NCBI GenBank assembly: GCA_030831315.1
Contig: JAURLI010000003.1
Coordinates: 18,884 to 82,883, forward strand
Source: Alphaproteobacteria bacterium
GTDB taxonomy: Bacteria > Pseudomonadota > Alphaproteobacteria > SMXQ01
Length of the DNA: 64,000 bases
Reading direction: 5' to 3'
Shown: positions 49,035-59,066 of the stretch, piece by piece
Numbering within the stretch: the stretch's first letter is position 1
How the letters are laid out: every line of letters starts with the position of its first letter
Translations under genes and position numbers: made by a program
The notes under the pieces: model-generated
Databases searched by the model: none
Told to the model about the DNA's origin: nothing
What the model saw: the letters and a program-made list of their open reading frames with translations, nothing else

Positions 49035-49997
49035 CTATATGTTGTCGAACAGCGCCGTCGACAGGTAGCGCTCGGCGAAGGACGGCAGGATGATGACGAT
49101 CTTCTTGCCCGCGAATTCGGCGCGCGCGCCGATCTCGATCCCCGCGGCGAGCGCCGCACCCGACGAAATGCCGACCGGCACGCCTTCCATGCGTGCCGCC
49201 TTGCGCGCGGTGGCGAAGGCGGTCTCATTGCCGATGCGCACGACCTCGTCGATCAGGTTGACGTCGAGGTTGGCCGGAACGAAGCCCGCGCCGATACCCT
49301 GGATCTTGTGCGGACCGGGAACGCCACCCGACAGCACGGGGCTGTCTTCGGGCTCGACCGCGATCATCTTGAGCGAAGCCTTGCGCGCCTTCAGCACCGA
49401 ACCGACGCCGGTCAGCGTGCCGCCGGTGCCGACGCCGGAAATGACGGCATCCACCTCACCGTTGGTGTCGTTCCAGATTTCCTCGGCCGTGGTGCGGCGG
49501 TGGATATCGGGATTGGCGGGGTTCTCGAACTGCTGGAGGATGATCGAATCCTTTATCTGGGCGTTCAGTTCGCCCGCCCGGCGAAGCGCACCCTTCATGC
49601 CTTCGGCGGCCGGTGTCAGTTCCAGTTCCGCGCCCAGGATCAGCAGCATCTTGCGCCGTTCCATCGACATGCTCTCAGGCATGCACAGGATCAGGCGGTA
49701 GCCCTTGGCCGCGCAGACGAAGGCCAGCGCGATGCCGGTATTGCCCGAGGTTGGCTCGATCACGGTGGTGCCGATCTTCAGGCGCCCGTCGGCTTCCGCC
49801 GCCTCGATCATGGCAAGGCCGATACGATCCTTTACCGACGACATCGGGTTGAAGAATTCGAGCTTGCCGTACAGCTCGGCCTTGCAGCCGCTTTCCCGCG
49901 ACAGGCGCGGCAGATAGACGGTCGGGGTATTGCCGATGGTCTCGAGGATCGAGCCGAAGGTCTTGCCCCTGCCCTGGGTGTCTTTCTTGTCGGTCAT
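49035..49997 (-). CDS. cysK: cysteine synthase (O-acetylserine sulfhydrylase)
   Basis: 'IGNTPTVYL', '[13 protein letters not shown]' (PLP lysine) and '[12 protein letters not shown]'. Confidence 0.9.
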   Translation of the reverse strand: MTDKKDTQGRGKTFGSILETIGNTPTVYLPRLSRESGCKAELYGKLEFFNPMSSVKDRIGLAMIEAAEADGRLKIGTTVIEPTSGNTGIALAFVCAAKGYRLILCMPESMSMERRKMLLILGAELELTPAAEGMKGALRRAGELNAQIKDSIILQQFENPANPDIHRRTTAEEIWNDTNGEVDAVISGVGTGGTLTGVGSVLKARKASLKMIAVEPEDSPVLSGGVPGPHKIQGIGAGFVPANLDVNLIDEVVRIGNETAFATARKAARMEGVPVGISSGAALAAGIEIGARAEFAGKKIVIILPSFAERYLSTALFDNI

Positions 49998-50054
49998 TGT
50001 CTGCAGTCTCCCTGATGCCGCGTTGCCGTGGTCGTCTTCGGTTGAAAACCAAAC

Positions 50055-50501
50055 TCAAATGATGAAATCGAGGCGCTCCGCCGCATCGCTGCGGATGCCC
50101 GCGGCATTGGCGCGCAAACACAGATCCTCGATGGTGACGGCGTCGAGGCGCTCCATCATTTCGGCCTCGAAGCCCGTCCACATCGGCCACACCACCTTGC
50201 GGCCGAGGTCCGACGGCGGTTCAGTTGCGTCCTCGGTTTCCGCCATGGCGACGACGCGGGTGATCTCGCCCACCGTGATGCGGCGGCGTTCGCGCGCGAG
50301 CAGGTAGCCGCCCCTCGGGCCGCGCACGCCGGTCAGCACGCCCGCGCGCACCAGCTGCTGGAGAACCTGCTCCAAGTAGCGGCGCGGAATGCCCTGGCGC
50401 TCGGTGATGTCCTTGCTCTGCACCGGGAGCGAGCCCGCGTTGTAGGCGATGTCGAGCACCGCCTCGATCGCGTAGAGAAGTTTCTTGGACATGCGAAACA
50501 T
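50055..50501 (-). CDS. Rrf2-family transcriptional regulator lacking the 3-Cys Fe-S ligands (CymR-like)
   Basis: 'MSKKLLYAIEAVLDIA...ITERQGIPRRYLEQVLQQLVRAGVLTGVRGPRGGYLLA' is the Rrf2 wHTH. No CX5-6CX5-6C cluster. Same strand as cysK, 57 bp upstream of it. Confidence 0.8.
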   Translation of the reverse strand: MFRMSKKLLYAIEAVLDIAYNAGSLPVQSKDITERQGIPRRYLEQVLQQLVRAGVLTGVRGPRGGYLLARERRRITVGEITRVVAMAETEDATEPPSDLGRKVVWPMWTGFEAEMMERLDAVTIEDLCLRANAAGIRSDAAERLDFII

Positions 50502-50511
50502 GAGGTTCTCC

Positions 50512-50967
50512 CTAGGCGCCGGTGCCGGTGGAGCCGAAGCCCCCGGCGCCGCGTTCCGTGGCATCGAGGCTTTGCGCCTCGTTCAGCCGCACGCGGGTGA
50601 CCGGCGCGACGACCATTTGGGCGATGCGCGCGCCGCGCGTCACCGTGAAGGATTCTTCGCCGTGATTGATCAGGCAGACCATGACCTCGCCCCGGTAATC
50701 GGCATCGACGGTGCCGGGCGCGTTCACGATCGAGATGCCGTGACGGACGGCAAGGCCCGAACGCGGGCGCACCTGGGCCTCAAACCCGTCGGGCAGGGCG
50801 ATGGCGAAACCGGTCGGGATCAGCGCCCGCTTGCCCGGCGCGATGACGACATCGTCGGCGACAGCCGCGGGCAGATCGATCCCTGCCGCCCCGGCCGAGG
50901 CGTAATCGGGCAGCGCCAGGTCGCGGGCGTGATCGAGCCGCATGATGGGGACCGTCACAGGTGTCAT
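50512..50967 (-). CDS. dut: dUTP diphosphatase
   Basis: '[10 protein letters not shown]', '[25 protein letters not shown]' and 'RIAQMV'. Confidence 0.9.
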   Translation of the reverse strand: MTPVTVPIMRLDHARDLALPDYASAGAAGIDLPAAVADDVVIAPGKRALIPTGFAIALPDGFEAQVRPRSGLAVRHGISIVNAPGTVDADYRGEVMVCLINHGEESFTVTRGARIAQMVVAPVTRVRLNEAQSLDATERGAGGFGSTGTGA

Positions 50968-52181
50968 TGGATGGCGCCGAAGTGGCGGGCGATGGCGTCG
51001 GCCAGCCGTGCCGCGACGGCATCCTTGCCCATGCGCGGCCACGAGGCGACGTCGGCGTCATTGGCGCCGGTAATCAGGTGCACCGTATTGTTGTCGCCGC
51101 CGAAGACGCCCTCGGCGGGGGACACATCGTTGGCGACGATCCAGTCGCAGCCCTTGGCCACGCGCTTGGCGCGCGCGTTGGCAAGGACGTTTTCGGTTTC
51201 AGCAGCAAAGCCCACGACCAGTCGCGGGCGTTTGTTACCGGCACCGGCGACGGTCGCGAGAATGTCGGGGTTTTCGGAAAGTTCCAGACGCGGCGGCGCA
51301 GCACCCTTCGTCTTCTTGATCTTGGCCTCGGCCACATCGCGCACGCGCCAGTCGCTGACGGCGGCCGCCATCACCGCGACATCGACGGGTAGGCACTCGT
51401 TGACGGCGCGCAGCATCTGTTCGGCGGTCTCGGTATGGACGACTTCGACGCCGGCGGGATCGGGCAGGGCGACGGGGCCGGAGACCAGCACCGTTCGCGC
51501 GCCGAGCCGCGCAAGGGCGGCGGCGATGGCGTGCCCCTGCTTGCCCGACGAGCGGTTGCCGATGAAGCGCACGGGATCGACGGGCTCGAAAGTGGGGCCG
51601 GACGTCACTACCGCGCGACGGCCCCGGAGCGGCGCGGCGGCTTCAAAAAAATCTTCGACGGCCTTGACGATGTCTGCGACCTCGGCGAGCCGGCCTTCGC
51701 CTTCTTCGCCGCAGGCAAGTTCGCCCGCCACGGGGCCGACGACGACGATGCCGCGGGTGCGCAGGGTTTCCATGTTGGCGCGCGTCGCGGCGTGTTCCCA
51801 CATGCGCACGTTCATCGACGGCGCCACCATCACCGGTTTGTCGGTGGCGAGCAGCGCTGTGGTGGCGAGATCGGTTGCAAGGCCGTGCGCCATCTTGGCG
51901 AGAATGTCGGCGGTCGCCGGCGCGACGAGGACGAGATCGGCCTCGCGCGAAAGGCGGATATGGCCCATTTCGCTTTCATCGGTGAGCGAGAACAGATCGC
52001 CATAAACTTTTTCGCCGGTCAGCGCCGCAAGGGACAGCGGTGTTACGAACTTCGCACCGGCGTCGGTGAGGATGGCGCGCACGGCGGCGCCGCGGCGTTT
52101 CAGCTCGCGCGTGAGCTCGAGCGCCTTGTAGGCAGCAATGCCGCCCGACACCACCAGCAGGATGCGCCGGTTCGTGATCAT
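50964..52181 (-). CDS. coaBC: bifunctional phosphopantothenoylcysteine decarboxylase / phosphopantothenate--cysteine ligase
   Basis: Flavoprotein domain '[17 protein letters not shown]' and CoaB domain 'GNRSSGKQG'. Overlaps dut by 4 nt. Confidence 0.9.
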   Translation of the reverse strand: MITNRRILLVVSGGIAAYKALELTRELKRRGAAVRAILTDAGAKFVTPLSLAALTGEKVYGDLFSLTDESEMGHIRLSREADLVLVAPATADILAKMAHGLATDLATTALLATDKPVMVAPSMNVRMWEHAATRANMETLRTRGIVVVGPVAGELACGEEGEGRLAEVADIVKAVEDFFEAAAPLRGRRAVVTSGPTFEPVDPVRFIGNRSSGKQGHAIAAALARLGARTVLVSGPVALPDPAGVEVVHTETAEQMLRAVNECLPVDVAVMAAAVSDWRVRDVAEAKIKKTKGAAPPRLELSENPDILATVAGAGNKRPRLVVGFAAETENVLANARAKRVAKGCDWIVANDVSPAEGVFGGDNNTVHLITGANDADVASWPRMGKDAVAARLADAIARHFGAIQ

Positions 52182-52332
52182 GGTTTTTTCCCGATAAGTC
52201 CCAAGTTGCACAGGCCCGGGGGCATCCCCGGACGGTCGATGAATTTACGCATTTTGCTTGTTATTAGATAGTAATTCCCTAAGAAGCGCGCAACATCGGA
52301 ATCGGGGGCCCGGGAAGCCGGCGCACCGATGC

Positions 52333-53907
52333 TCAGGGGCGGCCCGTGAGCAGCGTGGCCAGGATCAGGGCCAAGAGCCCCGCGATGACCCAGAGAACGG
52401 CGCCCCGGCCGCCGTTTCCGCCCTTCCCGTCCTCGCCCAGGAGGCGGCGGACGGTGTCGGGATGCAGCCGGTAGCCCTGCTCGGCCAGCGCCCGCACGGC
52501 CTTGTCCACGTTGGTCAGGAATCCGGGCAAACGTTCCAGTCCCGAAACGAAATCCTGCGCTCCGCGGGCGATCCGTGCTTCGGGGCCGAGGTTGTCGCGC
52601 ACCCAGCTTTCGATCAGCGGGCGGGCCAGTTCCCACATGTTGACGTTGGGATTGAGCCTGCGCCCGACCCCTTCGGCCACCATCATGGTCTTTTGCAGCA
52701 GAAGAAGCTGGGGCTGGGTTTCCATCTGGAACTGTTCGGTGACCCGGAACAGCTGGGCGAGCAGGCGGGCGACCGAGATCTCGTTCATCGGACGGCCAAG
52801 GATCGGCTCGGCGATGGCGCGGCAGGCCTGCATGAACAGATCGCGCGGCTGGTCGGCCGGGACATAGCCCGCTTCGAAATGAACGTCGGCAACGCGCCGG
52901 TAATCGGCCTGCAGGAATCCGAGCAGCATTTCGGCGAGATAGCGCCGCGTCGGCGCATCAAGCCGCCCCATGATCCCGAAATCGACGACGACGAGGTTGC
53001 CGTCGGGACCGACGAACATGTTGCCGGGGTGAAGATCGGCGTGAAAGAAGCCGTCGCGGAACACCTGGTTGAAGAAGGCGGTTGCCGCCTTCTTGAGGAC
53101 CTCGTCCGGATCGTGGCCCGCGGCGACCAGCCGGCCGCGCTGGTCCATCGGGATGCCGCTGATGCGCTCAAGGGTCATGACGCGGCGTGCCGTGCGCGTC
53201 CAGTCGACGTGGGGCACGCGGAAGCTGGTATCACCCTTGAAATTGCCGGCAAGTTCGCACGCCGCCGCGGCTTCGAGGCGCAGGTCCATTTCCACTTCGA
53301 CGACGCGCGCCAGTGTCGCCACCACCTCGCGCGGCTTGAGGCGCCGCGTTCCCGGGCGCGTGCGTTCGATGGCGGCTGCCGCCCAGGCCAGCATATCGAG
53401 ATCGCGGGCGAAGGCCTCTTCGATGCCCGGGCGCAGGACCTTGACCGCGACTTCTTCGCCCTCGGTCGTCACCGCCAGATGCACCTGGGCGATGGAGGCA
53501 GCGGCGACAGGCGTGTCGTCGAAGCTCGCGAACAGCTCCGATACGGGCTTGCCCAGTTCCGCCTCGATGGCGGCACGGGCGGCCGCGCCGGGGAAGGGCG
53601 CCAGGCGATCTTGCAGAAAGGCGAGGTCGTCGGCGATTTCCTCGCCCAGCAGATCGGCGCGGGTGGCGAGCGACTGGCCGAGCTTGATGAAGGTCGGTCC
53701 GGCTGCGGTCAGCGCCTGGGCGATGCGCTCGCCGGGCCGGGTGCCGGGCTTGGGATGGGGGCCCCCCGGCAGGCGGGCGAGAAGCCGGGCTGCCGCCAGC
53801 ACACCGGGGCTGGCCCCGAAACGCTCAGCCAGCACCAGCGCGTCGCAGCGCGCAAGCAGGCGGGCGAGGCCGATGAGGCGGAAAAGATGTCCAAGGCCGT
53901 TGAACAT
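52333..53907 (-). CDS. ubiB: ubiquinone biosynthesis regulatory kinase-like protein UbiB (ABC1 family)
   Basis: 'GPTFIKLGQSLATRADLL' and 'AAASIAQVHLA' ABC1 kinase-like motifs. C-terminal TM. Confidence 0.9.
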   Translation of the reverse strand: MFNGLGHLFRLIGLARLLARCDALVLAERFGASPGVLAAARLLARLPGGPHPKPGTRPGERIAQALTAAGPTFIKLGQSLATRADLLGEEIADDLAFLQDRLAPFPGAAARAAIEAELGKPVSELFASFDDTPVAAASIAQVHLAVTTEGEEVAVKVLRPGIEEAFARDLDMLAWAAAAIERTRPGTRRLKPREVVATLARVVEVEMDLRLEAAAACELAGNFKGDTSFRVPHVDWTRTARRVMTLERISGIPMDQRGRLVAAGHDPDEVLKKAATAFFNQVFRDGFFHADLHPGNMFVGPDGNLVVVDFGIMGRLDAPTRRYLAEMLLGFLQADYRRVADVHFEAGYVPADQPRDLFMQACRAIAEPILGRPMNEISVARLLAQLFRVTEQFQMETQPQLLLLQKTMMVAEGVGRRLNPNVNMWELARPLIESWVRDNLGPEARIARGAQDFVSGLERLPGFLTNVDKAVRALAEQGYRLHPDTVRRLLGEDGKGGNGGRGAVLWVIAGLLALILATLLTGRP

Positions 53908-54704
53908 CACAGCACCCAGCCCGAATGCATGGCGGCGATGCCGCCCGCGAGATCGCGCACGCGGATCTGCTCGAAACCGGCTTCCGCCATCATCGACGCC
54001 AGCCGGTCCTGGTCGGGGAAGCGGCGGATGCTTTCGGCGAGATAGCGATAGGCCGCACCGTCGCCTGCCACCTTTTCGCCGAGCCACGGCATGATGTGAT
54101 CGGAATAGGCGTCATAAACGGGGCCGATCAGGGGCAGGCGCGGGTGGGAGAATTCGAGGCAGAGAAAGCGCCCGCCCGGCGCCAGTACGCGCCTGGCCTC
54201 ACCCAGCGCGCGCGCCGTGCGGGTGACGTTGCGAAGCCCGAAGGCGATGACATAGGTATCGACGGCGCCGTCGGGCAGCGGCAGGTTTTCGGCATCGGCG
54301 CAGGTGAAGCCGATGGCGCCTGCGAGCCCGACCTTCGCCACCCGGCCCTGGCCGACGCTCATCATGGCGTGGTTGATGTCCATCACCGTGACCGCACCGC
54401 CCGCTCTGGCGATCGCCTCGGCCCCGCCGGCCGCAGCCACGATGCGCATGGCGATGTCGGCGGTGCCGCCCGCGACGTCGATGACCCGCGCCCCCGGGCG
54501 CGGTGCCAGCCAGTCGACGGCAGCTGTCTTCCACAGCCGGTGCAGGCCGCCCGACATCAGGTCGTTCATCAGGTCGTAGTTTTCCGCGACGCTGTCGAAG
54601 ACGGCGCGAACGCGCCCGGCCTTTTCCTCGGCCGGGACGTCGATGGCGCCGAACGGCACCGTATCGGGATCGGCGCCGTGGGCCGTGGCGGGGGATTTTT
54701 TCAT
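53907..54704 (-). CDS. ubiE: ubiquinone/menaquinone biosynthesis C-methyltransferase
   Basis: 'VFDSVAENYDLMNDLMSGGLHRLWK' and 'VIDVAGGTADIA' SAM motif. Its stop overlaps the ubiB start. Confidence 0.9.
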   Translation of the reverse strand: MKKSPATAHGADPDTVPFGAIDVPAEEKAGRVRAVFDSVAENYDLMNDLMSGGLHRLWKTAAVDWLAPRPGARVIDVAGGTADIAMRIVAAAGGAEAIARAGGAVTVMDINHAMMSVGQGRVAKVGLAGAIGFTCADAENLPLPDGAVDTYVIAFGLRNVTRTARALGEARRVLAPGGRFLCLEFSHPRLPLIGPVYDAYSDHIMPWLGEKVAGDGAAYRYLAESIRRFPDQDRLASMMAEAGFEQIRVRDLAGGIAAMHSGWVL

Positions 54705-54751
54705 GGGCCGGACAATAGCCCAAGGTCCGGATTTCCGCTACGTTCCGCGCC

Positions 54752-55606
54752 ATGCCCGAATTGCCCGAAGTGGAAACCGTGCGTCTTGGTCTTGTGCCCG
54801 TCCTTGCGGGCCGCAGGCTGGCGCGTATCGCCGTCAACCGGCCCGACCTGCGCATCCCCTTCCCGCCGGATTTTGCCGCCCGCCTCAAGGGCCGCCGCGT
54901 GGCGGAACTTGTGCGGCGCGCAAAATACATCCTCGTGCGGTTCGACGATGGCGGCGACAGCCTGCTGATCCACCTCGGCATGTCCGGGCGCATGGCGGCG
55001 GAGGGCCCGGGCCTCGCCAATGCCCCGCGTCCCCCGTCGCCCCACGATCATGTGGTGATGGAGACCGATGCCGGCGGGCGGGTCGTGTTCAACGACGCCC
55101 GCCGTTTCGGCCTGATGACCCTGATCGCCCCGGGCGAGGAGGCCCGCCACCCCCTGCTCGCGGGTCTCGGGCCCGAACCCCTCGATGACGCTTTTACTGC
55201 CGACGTTCTTGCCCGCGCCCTCAGGGGCCGCGCCAGCCCGATCAAGGCGGCGCTTCTGGACCAGCGGGTGGTCGCCGGGCTTGGCAACATATATGTGTGC
55301 GAAGCGCTCTACCGTTCGGGCATCAGCCCGCGCCGGCGCGCCGGCACCGTGCAGGGCGAACGTGCCCGGCGCCTGCACGGAGCGATCCGGGCCGTCCTTG
55401 CTGAAGCGATCAGGGCGGGTGGCTCGACCTTGCGCGATCATCGCCGCCCCGACGGCGAGCTCGGCTATTTCCAGCACTCCTTCGCCGTCTACGGTCGCGA
55501 GGGCGAGGCCTGCCCCTCCTGCGACAGCCCGCAGGCCTGCGGCGGCATTCAGCGCATCAATCAGTCGGGGCGCTCCACTTTCTTCTGCCCGGCGCGCCAG
55601 CGCTGA
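54752..55606 (+). CDS. mutM: formamidopyrimidine-DNA glycosylase
   Basis: '[10 protein letters not shown]' (catalytic Pro2/Glu3) and C-terminal zinc finger 'CPSCDSPQ...C'. Confidence 0.9.
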   Translation: MPELPEVETVRLGLVPVLAGRRLARIAVNRPDLRIPFPPDFAARLKGRRVAELVRRAKYILVRFDDGGDSLLIHLGMSGRMAAEGPGLANAPRPPSPHDHVVMETDAGGRVVFNDARRFGLMTLIAPGEEARHPLLAGLGPEPLDDAFTADVLARALRGRASPIKAALLDQRVVAGLGNIYVCEALYRSGISPRRRAGTVQGERARRLHGAIRAVLAEAIRAGGSTLRDHRRPDGELGYFQHSFAVYGREGEACPSCDSPQACGGIQRINQSGRSTFFCPARQR

Positions 55607-55650
55607 GCGTGGGCGTGATCAATGCCGCGACTATGTGTTAGCCTGCCGCC

Positions 55651-56037
55651 ATGATGATCCTGCTGCGCCGCATCATTCTGGCAGTGCCGGTCCTGGCGCT
55701 GCTTGCCGCGTTTTCCGCGGCGGCTCCCGTCCGTGCGGCGGAATTCCTGACCCTGCTTGACGACGTGCCGGTGATGCCCGGGTTCAGCGAGGATACTGCC
55801 GCGGCGGTCGCCTTCGACACCGCGTCGGGGCGCATCGTCACCGCGCGCATTCATGGCCGTGGACGGCCCGGCGTTGATCTTGGGGCGTTGCTTGCTTTCT
55901 ATGGGGCGAGCCTGCCGGCGCTCGGCTGGCGGGCCGAAAGCCCGACCCGTTTCCGCCGCGACGGCGAGACGCTGACCCTGAGCGTCGAGGCCAAAGACGG
56001 GCTTCTTTCTCTGGCCTTCGATCTCAGGCCCGAGTAG
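55651..56037 (+). CDS. hypothetical secreted protein (signal peptide, no recognisable domain)
   Basis: '[31 protein letters not shown]' signal. GC3-rich coding frame. Confidence 0.5.
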   Translation: MMILLRRIILAVPVLALLAAFSAAAPVRAAEFLTLLDDVPVMPGFSEDTAAAVAFDTASGRIVTARIHGRGRPGVDLGALLAFYGASLPALGWRAESPTRFRRDGETLTLSVEAKDGLLSLAFDLRPE

Positions 56038-56221
56038 GGCTGCGGCCGCCCCTCGCAAACCCCCGGATTCCAGAAGGTTCAGAGCGCGTTCCAGCCGTGG
56101 CCGGGCGGCCTTGACGGACGCCCGGTCGCGGACTATAACCCCGTCCTCCCGCGCCGGTCGGCAGTTTCGGCCGCGCGATGCACGCGTACCCCGTGAAGCG
56201 AACATCCAAAGGCAGTATCAG

Positions 56222-56485
56222 ATGGCGAATATCCGCTCCGCCAAGAAGCGCATCAGGCAGACCGCCCGGAATACGGACGTCAATCGCGCGCGCACCAGCC
56301 GCATCCGCACTTTCGTCAAGAAAGTCGAGACCGCGATCTCCACCGGCGACAAGAAGGCCGCAAGCGACGCGTTGCGCGCCGCGCAGCCCGAAATTCACCG
56401 TGGCGTTACCAAGGGCGTCCTGAAGAAGCAGACGGCATCGCGTAAGCTGTCGCGCCTCAATGCGCGCATCAAGGCGATGGCCTAA
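56222..56485 (+). CDS. rpsT: 30S ribosomal protein S20
   Basis: '[36 protein letters not shown]'. Confidence 0.95.
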   Translation: MANIRSAKKRIRQTARNTDVNRARTSRIRTFVKKVETAISTGDKKAASDALRAAQPEIHRGVTKGVLKKQTASRKLSRLNARIKAMA

Positions 56486-56537
56486 GTCCTTGTGCGGCCT
56501 CCGCGCCGCGCCAAATGATTAGAAATTGTATTAAAAG

Positions 56538-56567
56538 CGCGCCCAATTCGGGCGCGTTTTTGTTTTT
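56538..56567 (+). terminator. rho-independent terminator after rpsT
   Basis: CGCGCCC-aattc-GGGCGCG followed by TTTTTGTTTTT. Confidence 0.8.
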
Positions 56568-56905
56568 GTCGCGGGAACACAATCAATCCAACGAGTCAAA
56601 AATTTTTTTTCTGGGACCCGTCTCTTGGCCCGTTGCGATTCAAATTTTCAGTAGCTAGAGTCCGGTCCTGTTCATTTCCACGCGCTGGAAAATTTCGCAG
56701 CAATCAAGTTAGTAGTCGCGGCGTGTTTCGCCCCACTTGTTCTTTTTGTGGGCGGGTGCCTTCTGCGGGAAAACGCTTCGAGCGTTGCAATCGGTTTTTT
56801 GGTGTTCGCGTTCTTTGTTTCTTTTTCGGGTGCAGTCCATGACGGCTTTCAACCGGTGCAGCTTCGATCAATCCAGCACCGGATGCCGCAACAGGGGGAA
56901 AATTG

Positions 56906-57373
56906 ATGTCGAGTGACGACGCCAAGACCTCGACCGAGCGTGCCGTGGCACCGGGCGAAGGTTACGCGGGCGACATCACACCCGATCAGGCCTGGAAGAT
57001 TCTCGAGGAAAGCCCCGGGGCGGTGCTGGTCGATTGCCGCACCCAGCCGGAATGGGCCTTCGTCGGCGTGCCGGATCTCGGCAGCCTCGGCAAGAAGGTG
57101 GTTCTGGTGCCTTGGCAGGTCTTTCCGACGATGCAACTGAACCCGGAATTCACCAAGCAGATCAAGGCCGCCGGGGCGGCTGAAGGGGCGCCGGTCCTGT
57201 TCCTGTGCCGGTCGGGGGCGCGCTCGCGTTCAGCGGCGATTGCCGCGACCGGGCAGGGTTTCGCACGTGCCTACAATATAAAGGGCGGTTTCGAGGGCGC
57301 CCATGACGACAAGCGCCATCGCGGCAGCCGCGAGGGCTGGAAGGTTTCCGGTTTGCCCTGGGTTCAGGACTGA
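56906..57373 (+). CDS. single-domain rhodanese-like sulfurtransferase
   Basis: 'VLVDCRTQPEWAFVG' and the active-site loop 'FLCRSGARS'. AGGGGGA Shine-Dalgarno 6 nt before the ATG. Confidence 0.75.
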   Translation: MSSDDAKTSTERAVAPGEGYAGDITPDQAWKILEESPGAVLVDCRTQPEWAFVGVPDLGSLGKKVVLVPWQVFPTMQLNPEFTKQIKAAGAAEGAPVLFLCRSGARSRSAAIAATGQGFARAYNIKGGFEGAHDDKRHRGSREGWKVSGLPWVQD

Positions 57374-57417
57374 CCGTTCGTAAGTAACAAGAATTGCGTT
57401 TAAGGGGGCAGGGCGCG

Positions 57418-58788
57418 ATGCGCACAGATTGGCAGTCGATCAAGGAACGTTTGCGGGCCGAATTTGGCGACGCCGCTTATAAGTCGTGGCTGGCGCCGAT
57501 CGAGCTTGATTCCGTTTCCGCCACCCGTGCCGTCATTTCGGTGCCCACGCGCTTCATGCGCGACTGGGTCCAGCGCCATTATCTGGACCGTATTTCCCAG
57601 ATGCTGACCGATGGCGCCGCCGCCGCGCCCGCCGTCGAAATCGTCGTGCGCAGCGCCATCCGCGCGCCCGATGCCGCCAAGGCCGCGAATGTCGAGGCCG
57701 TCGGCACCCTGTCCGCTGCCGCCCGCGCCCGCCCGCGGCCGGCCGCGCCGCGCAGTCATGAAGACATATCCGCGCCGCTCGATCCGCGCTTCGTCTTCGA
57801 CAATTTCATCGTCGGCAAGTCCAACGAGTTCGCCTATGCCGCCGCCCGCCGCGTGGCCGAGGCCCAGACCGTTCCCTTCAATCCGCTGTTCCTCTACGGC
57901 GGCGTCGGGCTCGGCAAGACCCACCTGATGCATGCCATTGCCTGGCATATCCGCAAGGCCGATCCCAACCGCCGGGTGATCTACCTTTCGGCGGAAAAGT
58001 TCATGTACCAGTTCATCCGGGCGCTCCGTTTCCAGGACACCATGGCGTTCAAGGAGCAGTTTCGCTCCGTCGATGTGCTGATGATCGACGACGTCCAGTT
58101 CATCTCGGGCCGGGAAACGACCCAGGAAGAATTCTTCCATACCTTCAATGCACTGGTGGACCAGAACCGACAGGTCATCATTTCGGCCGACAAGTCGCCC
58201 TCCGATCTCGAGGGGATGGAGGAGCGCCTGCGCTCGCGCCTCGGCTGGGGGCTGGTCGCCGACATCCACCAGACCGATTACGAGCTGCGCCTGTCGATCC
58301 TTCAGTCCAAGGCCGAGAAGCTGGGCTCCCAGGTTCCATCGAAAGTGCTGGAATTCCTCGCCCACAAGATCACTTCCAACGTCCGCGAGCTGGAAGGGGC
58401 GCTCAACCGCGTCGTTGCCCATGCCACGCTGGTTGGCCGGGATATCTCCCTCGAGGCGACCCAGGACGTTCTCCACGACCTGCTGCGGGCCCACGACCGC
58501 CGGGTGACGATCGAAGAAATCCAGAAGCGCGTGGCCGAGCATTTCAACGTCCGCGTCGCCGACATGCATTCGGCCCGCCGTGCGCGCGCCGTGGCCCGCC
58601 CGCGCCAGGTGGCGATGTACCTCGCCAAGCAGCTGACGTCCCGTTCGCTGCCCGAAATCGGGCGCAAGTTCGGCGGCCGCGACCACACCACGGTGATGCA
58701 CGCCGTGCGCAAGATCGAGGAACTCAGGGCCACCGACACCTCATTCTCCGAGGATGTCGAACTGCTGCGCCGGATGCTCGAAACCTGA
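57418..58788 (+). CDS. dnaA: chromosomal replication initiator protein DnaA
   Basis: 'NPLFLYGGVGLGKTHLMHAI' Walker A. C-terminal DNA-binding domain 'RARAVARPRQVAMYLAKQLT'. Confidence 0.95.
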   Translation: MRTDWQSIKERLRAEFGDAAYKSWLAPIELDSVSATRAVISVPTRFMRDWVQRHYLDRISQMLTDGAAAAPAVEIVVRSAIRAPDAAKAANVEAVGTLSAAARARPRPAAPRSHEDISAPLDPRFVFDNFIVGKSNEFAYAAARRVAEAQTVPFNPLFLYGGVGLGKTHLMHAIAWHIRKADPNRRVIYLSAEKFMYQFIRALRFQDTMAFKEQFRSVDVLMIDDVQFISGRETTQEEFFHTFNALVDQNRQVIISADKSPSDLEGMEERLRSRLGWGLVADIHQTDYELRLSILQSKAEKLGSQVPSKVLEFLAHKITSNVRELEGALNRVVAHATLVGRDISLEATQDVLHDLLRAHDRRVTIEEIQKRVAEHFNVRVADMHSARRARAVARPRQVAMYLAKQLTSRSLPEIGRKFGGRDHTTVMHAVRKIEELRATDTSFSEDVELLRRMLET

Positions 58789-58833
58789 GCCTCAAAAAGG
58801 CTTGGAAACCGGCCCTTTGCGGGGCCGGTTCGA

Positions 58834-58860
58834 GGGCCCCTCGGGGGCCCTTTTTCTTTT
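58834..58860 (+). terminator. rho-independent terminator after dnaA
   Basis: GGGCCCC-tc-GGGGGCCC followed by TTTTTCTTTT. Confidence 0.75.
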
Positions 58861-59066
58861 GGATTTCAAGGCCTCCTGCTATACTCGCCTCCCGGTTCAG
58901 GACCCGGCCGGGCTGCCCCGTTCGAAGGGAAGCCGCCGGAGCCCGCCGGGCGGGTGTGGGCGCCGTTGCCGGACCCTTCCGGAAGGCGATTTTCGCCACC
59001 CCGCAGCTTGAACGGAGGCCAACGCGCGGCACCACGCGCGGGTCAATAAGGCGCGAAAACCCAGCC

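Noticed and set aside
56486-57417. oriC / DnaA-box cluster upstream of dnaA
   Set aside because: No TTATCCACA / TGTGGATAA-like 9-mers, and no CtrA TTAA-N7-TTAAC sites with correct spacing (the closest is TTAG-N8-TTAA). AT enrichment alone is insufficient.
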